Source: Actinomycetes bacterium (GTDB taxonomy: Bacteria > Actinomycetota > Acidimicrobiia > Acidimicrobiales > Aldehydirespiratoraceae). From it: DNA of 64,000 nucleotides. This document shows, piece after piece, positions 46,615 to 55,277 of the stretch (its first letter is position 1; every line of letters begins with the position of its first letter). The translations under genes were made by a program, and so were the position numbers. Where the stretch lies: assembly GCA_024276355.1 (NCBI GenBank), contig JAJRXJ010000177.1, positions 7 through 64,006 of the forward strand, read 5' to 3'. The notes under the pieces are model-generated. The model saw nothing but the letters and a program-made list of their open reading frames with translations. It had not been told where the DNA came from and did not search any database.

Positions 46615-47834
46615 CCCAGTCGAGACGCGACCGGTGGGGCCGCCGTCGGCCCTCCCCGCGTCTCGTTCGGTGTGCACTTTCGCTGACACTGCTGGCGGCA
46701 CTCGTGAGCGTTGCTTCCGACACCGCAGTTGTCGGTGCCCAGGCCCGGTACTCCACCGAAGCCTGCCAGTTCAACGGGGCGGGCCAGTTCACGTCACTTC
46801 AGGTTGGTGTGGCCGGATCGGCCAAGCCCGATCCGCTGAACCAGTTCCCCAACACGGTCACGCTGTCGGCGGTCTTCGTTGCCGCACCCATCCTGGCCGA
46901 CTTCGGGCTGATTGGTTACAACTTCGGCTTCTTGAATGTGGGTACAAACCAGGTGCCGATCACGGCCTCGCTCACCATCACGGCCTCCAACACCGTTGAG
47001 GGATCTCAGACCTTCACGAATGTCAACGTGTTGGCCACAACTGTGATCACCGATCCGGACGGGGTTCGGCTCACCGGCGACGAGACGGCCACACCGTTGC
47101 CGATCACATTCGCGCTGACCAACTCAACGTGGACCGCGACCGGGGCTGGTGACCTGGCCTTTGCCAACACCGGCTCCACCACCACCGTCACCCTTGGGTC
47201 GTTCGTGTCCACCATCGACTGTCAGCCGGGGGTGCCGAGCAGCTGCGGCACCAACAACACCAACTGCGTCTCGTTCACCCCCGAACCGGCCGTGCCCTTC
47301 GCTCTCTTGCCCGGCGACGGCCTGCGGCTACAGCATCAGGCACCGATCGTGGCGCTGGCCCCGGTGAGCCTGTCGAGTGGTGCAGTGGTGGCCACGGGAA
47401 CCTTGCCCGCTCTCATCATCGACAACGATGGCTCCAACTCGGTTGGGTGGACGCTGTCGGCATACGTGACAGATTTCCTTCGTACGGGCGCCCCGGACTG
47501 CAGCGTCCCCCAGGCGGACTGCATACCGGCAGACAACCTCGGATGGAGGCCGGTGCTTCCGGCGGAGTACCGCGCCCCATCACCGGGTTCATCCGGGGTC
47601 ACTGCCGGCACTGCCATGGCCACCTCGGCCGCGGATTGGCTGGCCCAGTTGCAGGCGGCGGGTCCGGCCGGTGTGAATGGCCTCGGGGGCCTTGGCGAGG
47701 TGAACGTGTTGTGCATGGCGCCGCCCGGTGCACCGTCGGCGACTGTGGGATGCGGTGCCGAGCTGTATCTCGGTATACCGGCCAGTGCGGCTTCGGGTTC
47801 CTATTCGGGTGTGCTCGTGCTCACCATCACGTGA
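46611..47834 (+). CDS. secreted WxL-domain surface protein 2 (divergent module copy + WxL)
   Basis: ATG overlaps the upstream stop. The N-terminal signal has an Arg-rich n-region. Aa 46-219 are a divergent module copy (46746-47267: 'STEACQFNGAGQFT...ITASNTVEGSQTF...VITDPDGVRLTGDETATPL...NSTWTATG...IDCQPGVPSSCG'). The C-terminal WxL domain contains 'DNDGSNSVGWTLSAYV', 'DNLGWRP' and 'GSYSGVLVLTIT'. Confidence 0.7.
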   Translation: MTQSRRDRWGRRRPSPRLVRCALSLTLLAALVSVASDTAVVGAQARYSTEACQFNGAGQFTSLQVGVAGSAKPDPLNQFPNTVTLSAVFVAAPILADFGLIGYNFGFLNVGTNQVPITASLTITASNTVEGSQTFTNVNVLATTVITDPDGVRLTGDETATPLPITFALTNSTWTATGAGDLAFANTGSTTTVTLGSFVSTIDCQPGVPSSCGTNNTNCVSFTPEPAVPFALLPGDGLRLQHQAPIVALAPVSLSSGAVVATGTLPALIIDNDGSNSVGWTLSAYVTDFLRTGAPDCSVPQADCIPADNLGWRPVLPAEYRAPSPGSSGVTAGTAMATSAADWLAQLQAAGPAGVNGLGGLGEVNVLCMAPPGAPSATVGCGAELYLGIPASAASGSYSGVLVLTIT

Positions 47835-48597
47835 CCGCGATCCACCGCAGTATTTCGTCCGCCAGTCGGGCTGCATGCTCTCTATCGCTGAAAAGGTGGT
47901 CGGCCCCTTCGATCGTGACCAGTGTCGACCGAACGCTCGCGTCGGCCAGGCGGCGTGTCTGTTCGGCTCCGACCACCGAGTCGGCCCCCGCCTCCACCAC
48001 GAGCAACGGGATGGCGAGCTGAGAGGCTGCGGCCACCACATCGTGACGTTCGAGGTCGTTGAGGAAATCGATACCCACCGGAAATGGCCGGCCGCCGATA
48101 TTCACCGAGGCGCATCCCCTCTCGCGAATCTTGTCCTCAGCATCGGGACCGAAGAGATTCCGCACGTGAGCGACGTCGGACGGAGCGGCAATTGCGACAA
48201 CGCGATCGAGAGTGTGGAGACGATGAGCGGCCAAGATTGCAGCAGCGCCTCCGAGGCTGTGGCCCAACAGCATGCAAGGACCCATCCCACGTTCCACGAG
48301 GGCCACCGCGGCCCTGGTTATGTCGCCCACCTCGCTGGTCACACTGGTGGAGCCGAAATCGCCGTCGCTGCTTCCCAGCCCGGTGAAATCGAATGCCATG
48401 GTTGCCCACCCTGCGGCTACAAGAGCCGCTGACAGGCGGGTGATCGTGTGAATGTCCTTTGAGCAGGTGAAGCAGTGCGCCAGCAGGGCGCTGCCAATGA
48501 CATCTCCATCGGGCAGATGTATCGCAGCCTCGAGCGACGCGCCCGACGCCCCCACGAAGCGAACGGTGTCCTTGCTCATCTCAACCGTCTTTCGCAC
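47827..48597 (-). CDS. alpha/beta hydrolase
   Basis: The nucleophile elbow is 'LLGHSLGGAAA'. The protein is 256 aa with 'FDFTGLGSSDG' and a C-terminal 'GADHLF' His region. It overlaps the WxL2 3' end by 8 nt in convergent orientation. Confidence 0.8.
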   Translation of the reverse strand: MRKTVEMSKDTVRFVGASGASLEAAIHLPDGDVIGSALLAHCFTCSKDIHTITRLSAALVAAGWATMAFDFTGLGSSDGDFGSTSVTSEVGDITRAAVALVERGMGPCMLLGHSLGGAAAILAAHRLHTLDRVVAIAAPSDVAHVRNLFGPDAEDKIRERGCASVNIGGRPFPVGIDFLNDLERHDVVAAASQLAIPLLVVEAGADSVVGAEQTRRLADASVRSTLVTIEGADHLFSDREHAARLADEILRWIAVT

Positions 48598-48729
48598 GTA
48601 ACGCGTTCGAATATCTCACGCTGGGTCAATGTTTCATGGCACTACGGTGACGATATACACGTGGTGCTTCGGCCCTGCGGATGTCCGCCGATCACGTCAG
48701 CAGCGAACCAATCGAGGGAAACAGAAAAG

Positions 48730-49179
48730 ATGCTGTCAATCGGCAAGACATCAACGAGACAAACGGATTTGGCACCCGGCGCTTGGGCGCAGCTCCTTGA
48801 CGAGGAGGAGGCCCACGCGTCAGCTCACGGCTTCGGTGCCGGGGTGATGGTCGTCGGGTTCCTCGACGAACTGTTGCGCCACATTGACGACGACAACCGG
48901 GCTCTCACCGAGGCGGCTGTTCTCTCGATCATCGACCGCCGACTCGGGTGGGCCGATCGAGCCGAGCTCATCGCACCGGGTCGCCTCGGCGTGGTGATGC
49001 AGCCCGTCGATGACGCCCTTGCGCTCGCACGGCGAGCCCGGGAGCTCCACAGGGAACTTCGCTCATGCAGCCTCGAAGTGGACGTGGCCTACTCAATGAG
49101 AAGGCGCCACGGTGGACTGCATGCGGCCGCCGCCCGCGCCGATGCGGCGATCGACACGGCGATGGCTCGTCGTCGCTGA
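48730..49179 (+). CDS. hypothetical protein, possibly a degenerate stand-alone GGDEF-like domain
   Basis: The 149-aa protein runs from ATG 48730. 'LIAPGRLGVVMQPVDDALALARRARELHREL...VDVAYSM...ARADAAIDTAMARRR' parallels the GGDEF-domain layout (R-x-GGDEF-x-ll...A..lAe.lr...vSiG...AD.AlY.AK..GRN), but the catalytic motif is replaced by PGRLG. Confidence 0.35.
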   Translation: MLSIGKTSTRQTDLAPGAWAQLLDEEEAHASAHGFGAGVMVVGFLDELLRHIDDDNRALTEAAVLSIIDRRLGWADRAELIAPGRLGVVMQPVDDALALARRARELHRELRSCSLEVDVAYSMRRRHGGLHAAAARADAAIDTAMARRR

Positions 49180-49226
49180 TTTCTCACGGGGGGTCACGCT
49201 GATGCTATGTTCGGCCGCTGATCGAC

Positions 49227-49988
49227 ATGACACTCCTCGACATCTCCGACATCACCGTCCGTTTCGGCGGAATAATTGCGCTCGATGGGCTCTCGTTCTC
49301 CATTGAGAGCGGCCAGATCTGCGGTCTGATCGGCCCGAACGGCGCCGGTAAGACCACAATGTTCAACGTGCTCAGCCGGGTCTATGAGGCCAACGAGGGC
49401 ACGGTCACCTTCGACGGCCACGACCTGCTCTCCCTGCCTGCACACGGGATCGCGGCAGCCGGGGTGGCCCGTACCTTCCAGAATCTTGCCCTCTGGCCCG
49501 GGATGACCATCCTCGAGAATGTGATGGTCGGTGCCCACACCCACTCCCGGCAAAACTTCCTGTCGGCGGCGCTGCGTATCGGCACACGCTCCGACGAGCG
49601 CCGGCTCGAGAACAAGGCGTGGGACATCCTCGACGAGCTCGGGCTAACTGCGGTGGCCCACCACCCCGCTGCCGGCCTTCCGTTCGGCACCATGAAGCGC
49701 ATCGAGCTTGCCCGGGCCCTCGCGGCCGAACCGCGACTGCTCATGCTCGACGAGCCCGCCAACGGCCTGACCCACAGCGAGGTAGACGAGCTCGGCGAGC
49801 TGATCACCTCCCTCCGCGAAAGGCATTCCCTCACAATCCTGCTGGTCGAACACCACATGGCTCTGGTCATGGGGATTTCCGACAAGGTGGTGGTAATGAA
49901 TTTCGGCGCCAAGATCGCCGAAGGTACCCCGGCGGAGATCCAGCAGCATCCCGAGGTCATCGAGGCTTACCTGGGAGGAGGCTCATGA
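49227..49988 (+). CDS. livG: branched-chain amino acid ABC transporter ATP-binding protein
   Basis: 'GLIGPNGAGKTT', 'ARTFQNLALWPGMTILENV', the 'LPFGTMKRIELARAL' signature and 'LLMLDEPANGL' are present. Confidence 0.9.
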   Translation: MTLLDISDITVRFGGIIALDGLSFSIESGQICGLIGPNGAGKTTMFNVLSRVYEANEGTVTFDGHDLLSLPAHGIAAAGVARTFQNLALWPGMTILENVMVGAHTHSRQNFLSAALRIGTRSDERRLENKAWDILDELGLTAVAHHPAAGLPFGTMKRIELARALAAEPRLLMLDEPANGLTHSEVDELGELITSLRERHSLTILLVEHHMALVMGISDKVVVMNFGAKIAEGTPAEIQQHPEVIEAYLGGGS

Positions 49989-50698
49989 CCGAAGCTCTGC
50001 TCCACGTGGCCAACCTGGAGGCTTCCTACGGCGAGGTGAAGGTCCTCCACGGCATCGATTTCACCGTACGCAAGGGCGACATCAGTGTGGTGCTCGGGGC
50101 CAACGGTGCCGGCAAGACCACCACCCTGCGCGCCATTTGTGGTCAGGTCCAAACCACCGGTTCGATCACTTTCGCCGGCGCGGAGATCTCGGGTGAATCG
50201 ACCGCCGACATCGTCCGCAGGGGCATCGCCCACGTACCCCAGGGTCGGGGGACATTTCCGGAGCTGTCGGTCACCGACAACCTTGAGGCCGGCGCGTTCG
50301 TGAGGCGCGACGATGAGGTGGCCGCCGACATAGACAAGTGGCTCGATGTCTTTCCTGTTCTGGCTTCCAGACGGGATCAGCTCGCCGGGTCACTGTCCGG
50401 CGGGGAGCAACAGATGCTGGCCGTCGCCCGGGCGATGATGTCCCGACCGGATCTGTTGCTTCTAGACGAGCCATCGCTTGGATTGGCTCCGATCATCATC
50501 GAAGACCTCTTCGAGCGGCTATCGGCGATCAACCGGACCGACGGCATGACCATGCTGATCGTGGAGCAGAACGCCAACCTGGCTCTGGCTGTCGCCTCGC
50601 ATGCCTATGTGCTGGAGGCCGGCACCATCGCAATCTCGGGCGAGCCTGAGGACCTGTCCGGCGACGAGGCCATACGACGCGCCTACCTGGGGTACTGA
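49985..50698 (+). CDS. livF: branched-chain amino acid ABC transporter ATP-binding protein
   Basis: ATG 49985 overlaps the livG stop. 'VVLGANGAGKTTT', 'LSGGEQQMLAVARAMM' and 'LLLLDEPSLGLAP' are present. Confidence 0.9.
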   Translation: MTEALLHVANLEASYGEVKVLHGIDFTVRKGDISVVLGANGAGKTTTLRAICGQVQTTGSITFAGAEISGESTADIVRRGIAHVPQGRGTFPELSVTDNLEAGAFVRRDDEVAADIDKWLDVFPVLASRRDQLAGSLSGGEQQMLAVARAMMSRPDLLLLDEPSLGLAPIIIEDLFERLSAINRTDGMTMLIVEQNANLALAVASHAYVLEAGTIAISGEPEDLSGDEAIRRAYLGY

Positions 50699-50699
50699 C

Positions 50700-51623
50700 A
50701 TGTTTCTCTTCGCGGTTTCCATCGACACCGATCCCGAACTTCTGCTGGCGAGGATCCTCGACGGCTTCCGGTTCGGCTCGGGGTATGGGGCCCTGGCGCT
50801 CGCACTCGTGATGATCTACAAGGCGACCGGTGTCCTCAATTTCGCTCAGGGCGAACTGGCTCTACTGGGCATCTACATAGCGTGGGCGCTCGGAGTGGGA
50901 TGGGGCTGGCCGATCTTCTTGGCGATTCTCGTGTCGATGATCGCCACCGCCGGCCTGGCTGCCGGCATCGAACGCACGGTCATCCGCCCATTCGACCCGA
51001 GCAACCATCTGCCACTCGTGATTGTGACCCTCGGTCTGTTCCTGGCGATCAACTCATTCGTGGCCGTCACATGGAACACCGACCTCAAGGCGCTTCCGTC
51101 CATGTTTCCGCCGGGCGACGTTTTTTCCGTCGGGGTGGCCCACCTGTCGTGGTCCGGACTCGGCATCTTCCTGAGTGCCCTTGCGATGCTTGGTGCCGTC
51201 AATCTCCTCCTGGCCAAGACCAAGGTCGGACTGGCCTTCCGAGCGGTGTCTTCGAATCTCGAATCAGCCGAACTTGTCGGCATACGGGTCGGCCCCACCC
51301 TCCAGTTCGGCTGGGCTCTCGCCGCCGCCATCGGAACGCTCGCGGGCGCGTTGCTCGTGCCGGAGCTCAACGTCCTTGATCCCAACGTGATGCTGTCGAC
51401 TCTCGTGTTCGCATTCGCAGGTGCAGCCCTCGGCGGTCTCGACTCACCCAAGGGCGCCATCATCGGAGGGATCCTGGTGGGGTTGATCAGAAGCGTGGTT
51501 GTTCAATCCGTCTCCTTCATTCCCAGCGAACTGTCGGTCGGCGCGGCCGTCTTCGTGATTCTGCTGGTCCTGCTGGTGAGACCGTCCGGTCTCTACGGCT
51601 CGTCGAAGGTGGTGCGGGTATGA
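50700..51623 (+). CDS. livH: branched-chain amino acid ABC transporter permease
   Basis: It is a polytopic LivH-type permease ('LVMIYKATGVLNFAQGELALLG'). The start is ATG 50700. Confidence 0.85.
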   Translation: MFLFAVSIDTDPELLLARILDGFRFGSGYGALALALVMIYKATGVLNFAQGELALLGIYIAWALGVGWGWPIFLAILVSMIATAGLAAGIERTVIRPFDPSNHLPLVIVTLGLFLAINSFVAVTWNTDLKALPSMFPPGDVFSVGVAHLSWSGLGIFLSALAMLGAVNLLLAKTKVGLAFRAVSSNLESAELVGIRVGPTLQFGWALAAAIGTLAGALLVPELNVLDPNVMLSTLVFAFAGAALGGLDSPKGAIIGGILVGLIRSVVVQSVSFIPSELSVGAAVFVILLVLLVRPSGLYGSSKVVRV

Positions 51624-52786
51624 GGCCGCGACTCATCGCCGAAGGATCCTCCACCCACCGGTGGATACAGGGCGGCAACTGGACCCTCACGATCGTCGTC
51701 ATGATCGCGATTCCCTTCTTGGTGGCCATCCCTCTGAAACCGACCCTGTTCGGAAACAGCTACACGATCGGGATCAGCAACGTCAACGAGGCCATCGCCT
51801 GGGCCGTCGCCGTGTTGGGGCTCAACATTCTCACCGGCTTCAACGGCCAACTCTCGCTCGGCAACAGCTTCTTCGTCGGCACCGGGGCCTACCTCACCGG
51901 AGTCTTCGTCCAGACCTACCACTGGTCGTATCTGTCCACACTCATTGTTGTGATTCCGGTGTGTCTGGCCATCGGGCTCATCGTCGGGATTCCCGCGTTG
52001 CGGATTCAGGGCCTCTACCTGGCGCTGGTCACATTCGGGTTGGCGGCGGTGTTTCCGAGCATCGCCAAGCTGGAACAGCTCGATCGCTTCACCCACGGCA
52101 GCAACGGACTCTCGATCACATCGAAGTTGCTGCCTCCTTCCTGGATGCCGATTCAGGGGACGCTCGACCTGATCAACAAGATCCCCATCATCGGGGACTG
52201 GACCGGAACTGACCACTTCAGCAAGCGACAGGCGGAAGGTATATACGCGTATTTCCTGCTGGTGATGATTGCCGGCGCCTGTTTCCTTCTGGCCTACAAC
52301 CTCATCCGAAGTCGTCCCGGCCGGGCGCTGATCGCCATCCGGGACAATGAGATCGGTGCCGAGGTGGCCGGTATTAACCTTTCGCTCTACAAAGCCGGCG
52401 CATTCGGAGTTGCGGCCCTGTTGTCCGGGGTGGCCGGCACCATGCTCTCAATCGACAAGAACTTCGTCAGTCCCGACGACCTCGGGGTGAACTTCGCGAT
52501 CTTCCTTGTGGTTGGTCTCATTGTCGGTGGCAGCGCCAATTTGAAGGGCTCCCTCATCGGAGGCTTCGCGGTGATTTTCGTTCGCCAGTGGGCCTCCCAG
52601 ACCAATGAGGTGCCGCTGCTCGGATGGGGGTTGTCCGGACCATACGGTCAGATGGTTCTGGGGGTCCTGCTCATCGGGTTGATGTTCGTCATGCCCGGTG
52701 GAATTGCCTTCGGGATGCAACGACTTCGGCAGCGCGTCTACCGAGTTGTGCCCGCCGGTCCTCCCGAGGGCCGAACCGACGACTGA
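51620..52786 (+). CDS. livM: branched-chain amino acid ABC transporter permease
   Basis: ATG overlaps the livH stop. LivM-type blocks 'LNILTGFNGQLSLGNSFFVGTGAY' and 'RALIAIRDNEIGAEVAGIN' are present. Confidence 0.85.
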   Translation: MRPRLIAEGSSTHRWIQGGNWTLTIVVMIAIPFLVAIPLKPTLFGNSYTIGISNVNEAIAWAVAVLGLNILTGFNGQLSLGNSFFVGTGAYLTGVFVQTYHWSYLSTLIVVIPVCLAIGLIVGIPALRIQGLYLALVTFGLAAVFPSIAKLEQLDRFTHGSNGLSITSKLLPPSWMPIQGTLDLINKIPIIGDWTGTDHFSKRQAEGIYAYFLLVMIAGACFLLAYNLIRSRPGRALIAIRDNEIGAEVAGINLSLYKAGAFGVAALLSGVAGTMLSIDKNFVSPDDLGVNFAIFLVVGLIVGGSANLKGSLIGGFAVIFVRQWASQTNEVPLLGWGLSGPYGQMVLGVLLIGLMFVMPGGIAFGMQRLRQRVYRVVPAGPPEGRTDD

Positions 52787-52867
52787 CCGGGGCGAGTTCA
52801 CATCTCGCCCACCGCATTGACTAGCGTTCTCTAAAAGGGCCAATCGGCTCACACCTAGGAGGGGTAC

Positions 52868-54301
52868 ATGAAACGATCCAAACGATGGCTGGGCCTTACC
52901 GCAACGGCGCTCGCCTTTAGTCTCGTCGCCGCGGCATGCGGTGACAGCGGCGGTACCACCGATGCCGCCGGCAGCACCACCGCCGCGCCGACCACCACGG
53001 CAGCCTCGACACCGACCACCACCGCATCCTCGGGCGGAACCGAGACCACCACAACTGCCGCTCCGACGATGAGCGGTACCTACGATCTCGGTGGTGGAGC
53101 CGTTCTCGACACCACACAGTGCCCCAGCAGCTGGGACTCCACTCAGGGCATCACCGACTCCGAGATCCGAATCGGCATCAGCCTTCCCCAGTCTGGTGCT
53201 CTCGCGGGCTTCGGCACCATCGCCGAGGGCATGCAGATCTTCTTCGACAACGCTGATCCCATCGACGGCAAGTCCGTGAAGATCATCGCTCGTGACGACG
53301 GCTACGAGTCCGGACGCACGGTCACCAACATCGGCGAGATGATCGATACCGAGAACATCTTCGCCTTCTCCCACATCATCGGCTCGCCGAACAACCTGGC
53401 CATCCGCGACACACTCCAGGAGGAGTGCATCCCCCAGCTGTTCAACAGCACCGGATTGCCTCAGTGGGGGGATCCGGAGAACTACCCGTGGACCATCGGC
53501 CAATTGCTCAACTACTCCACCGAGTCGCTGATCTGGTGTGACTACCTTTCGAAGGAACTGGGCCCCGGCGGAACCGTCGCCGCGATCTACGCCAACAACG
53601 ACTTCGGCAAGGCCTACCAGAAGTTCTTCGAGAAGTGCGCACCTGAGGTCGGCCTGGAGATCGTGGGTACCGAACTCCACGATCCGAATGCTGACACGGT
53701 GCAGAATGAAGTCACCACCCTCGCCGCCACCGGAGCGCAGGCCTTCGTGGTCGGCACCTCCGGCGCCAACTGCCCACGCTCGGTCGGCGGTGCCAGAGCG
53801 GCAGGCTGGGACACCCTCATCATGGTCTCAGCCACTTGTCAGAACGTCGGACTGTTCTGGAAACCGCTGAAGGGAGCATCGAACGGCATCAAGGTGATCA
53901 CCACCACCAAGGACATCGGAGACCCGAGATGGGCCGACGACCCGTGGGTCACGAAGGTGAGAGCTGATCTCACCGCCGCGGGACTCGATCCCGATGCCGG
54001 TGCCCAGCAGACCGGTTACGCGTTCGCCGAGCAGCTCGATCACGTGCTACGCGAGGCGGCTGCGTCGGATGAGGGCCTCAACCGCGGCAGCCTCATGCAG
54101 GCCACCTGGCAGCAGGACTGGGTTGCCCAGAACATGCTTCCTGGGTCCACCGTGAAGACCGACGGCGCCAATGACGCATTCATCATCGAGGCCGGCGAGA
54201 TCAGCCAGCTCGCTTGGGATGACGCTGCCGAGACCGGCACTTGGAAGGCCGTAAGCGACCTGATCAACCAGGAGGGCCAGCTCGGCAAGTTCGCCGGCTG
54301 A
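52868..54301 (+). CDS. ABC transporter substrate-binding lipoprotein (Leu/Ile/Val-binding protein family)
   Basis: TAGGAGGGG precedes the ATG. The lipobox is 'LVAAACGDSGG', followed by a Thr/Ala-rich linker and a type-I periplasmic binding fold ('IRIGISLPQSGALAGFG'). Confidence 0.85.
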   Translation: MKRSKRWLGLTATALAFSLVAAACGDSGGTTDAAGSTTAAPTTTAASTPTTTASSGGTETTTTAAPTMSGTYDLGGGAVLDTTQCPSSWDSTQGITDSEIRIGISLPQSGALAGFGTIAEGMQIFFDNADPIDGKSVKIIARDDGYESGRTVTNIGEMIDTENIFAFSHIIGSPNNLAIRDTLQEECIPQLFNSTGLPQWGDPENYPWTIGQLLNYSTESLIWCDYLSKELGPGGTVAAIYANNDFGKAYQKFFEKCAPEVGLEIVGTELHDPNADTVQNEVTTLAATGAQAFVVGTSGANCPRSVGGARAAGWDTLIMVSATCQNVGLFWKPLKGASNGIKVITTTKDIGDPRWADDPWVTKVRADLTAAGLDPDAGAQQTGYAFAEQLDHVLREAAASDEGLNRGSLMQATWQQDWVAQNMLPGSTVKTDGANDAFIIEAGEISQLAWDDAAETGTWKAVSDLINQEGQLGKFAG

Positions 54302-54326
54302 GCTACCTCCCCCAAATCAACCATCA

Positions 54327-54358
54327 CGAGAGGGTCGGCCTTCGGGCCGGCCCTCTCG
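54327..54358. terminator. bidirectional hairpin between the convergent binding-protein and kinase genes
   Basis: CGAGAGGGTCGGCC-ttcg-GGCCGGCCCTCTCG is a 14-bp stem with one G-U pair, flanked by TTT on the plus strand. Confidence 0.6.
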
Positions 54359-54375
54359 GCGTTTCATGTCGGGTC

Positions 54376-55236
54376 TCATCCGGCCAAGCTGGTAGGACCG
54401 AGATTCGTGATCACCTTCGCAGCCACACGGTGGGCGGCATTCGTGGCCGATGCCGGGTCGGCGCCGGTGGATCGGGACGCTATGTATCCGGCGATGAACC
54501 CATCTCCCGCCCCAGTCAGATCACGTACGCGGTCGACCGGGCGGACCTCCACCGAAACAGCATCGCCCCGGTGGGGAATGACCACGGTCGGTCTGCGGCC
54601 GGCGGTTATGACCGTGTTGTCGGCTCCGACGAGAGGCTGCCGCGGTGGTAACCCGAGCGCCTGGTGTTCGGCGGCATGAAGGATGACGGTGTCGGGCCGG
54701 GTGGTCTTGACCAATTCCAAGAACGCATCGACCCCAAAGCTTGTGAGGTCGGCCGTTGTCGGCCCCCCGAGGATGAAGGCAATCTGCCGGTCGCGCACCT
54801 CCCCCATCATGTGCTCAACGGCCGCCGCCAGCGGATCCTCGGTGAACGCCGACGTGGCAAGGTACAGAGTCGACACTCCCTCGAGCATGGCCGGGTGAAT
54901 GGCGTGGAGTCGACGGGAGGCGCCCCGGTCGATCAGGCGACTTCGAGTTCCGCCGCCCACCATGGTGATGGCCACTCCGGTACCCCCGGCATGGTGGACC
55001 TTCGCGTCGACGCCGCGCGCGGTCAGATCGCCGGCCAGCGTGCGGCCGATCGTGTCGTCGCCGACTTGCCCCACAAATCTGACATCCGCTCCCTGCTCGG
55101 CCGATATTCCGGCGACGTTGGCCGCGCTGCCACCCCTGACCCGGGCGGAACGCACCGGGGTCTCCGCGCCGCGCACGGGCGTGTCGGACACGCGTACGAG
55201 TATTTCTTCGTGGAGATCGCCGACGCACAGGAGCAC
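54376..55236 (-). CDS. PfkB-family carbohydrate kinase
   Basis: 'GGSAANVA' is near the N-terminus and 'DLTGAGDGFIAGY' (the DTxGAGD anion-hole motif) is near the C-terminus. The start is GTG. Confidence 0.8.
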   Translation of the reverse strand: MLLCVGDLHEEILVRVSDTPVRGAETPVRSARVRGGSAANVAGISAEQGADVRFVGQVGDDTIGRTLAGDLTARGVDAKVHHAGGTGVAITMVGGGTRSRLIDRGASRRLHAIHPAMLEGVSTLYLATSAFTEDPLAAAVEHMMGEVRDRQIAFILGGPTTADLTSFGVDAFLELVKTTRPDTVILHAAEHQALGLPPRQPLVGADNTVITAGRRPTVVIPHRGDAVSVEVRPVDRVRDLTGAGDGFIAGYIASRSTGADPASATNAAHRVAAKVITNLGPTSLAG

Positions 55237-55277
55237 AGCCGAAATCTACCGTTGAGCAGGAGCGGTCGCGGTACCGA

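Noticed and set aside
52448-53680. 410-aa minus-strand ORF opposite livM and the binding-protein gene
   Set aside because: It is a shadow ORF spanning an intergenic SD/start region of the plus-strand operon, with no recognisable domain.
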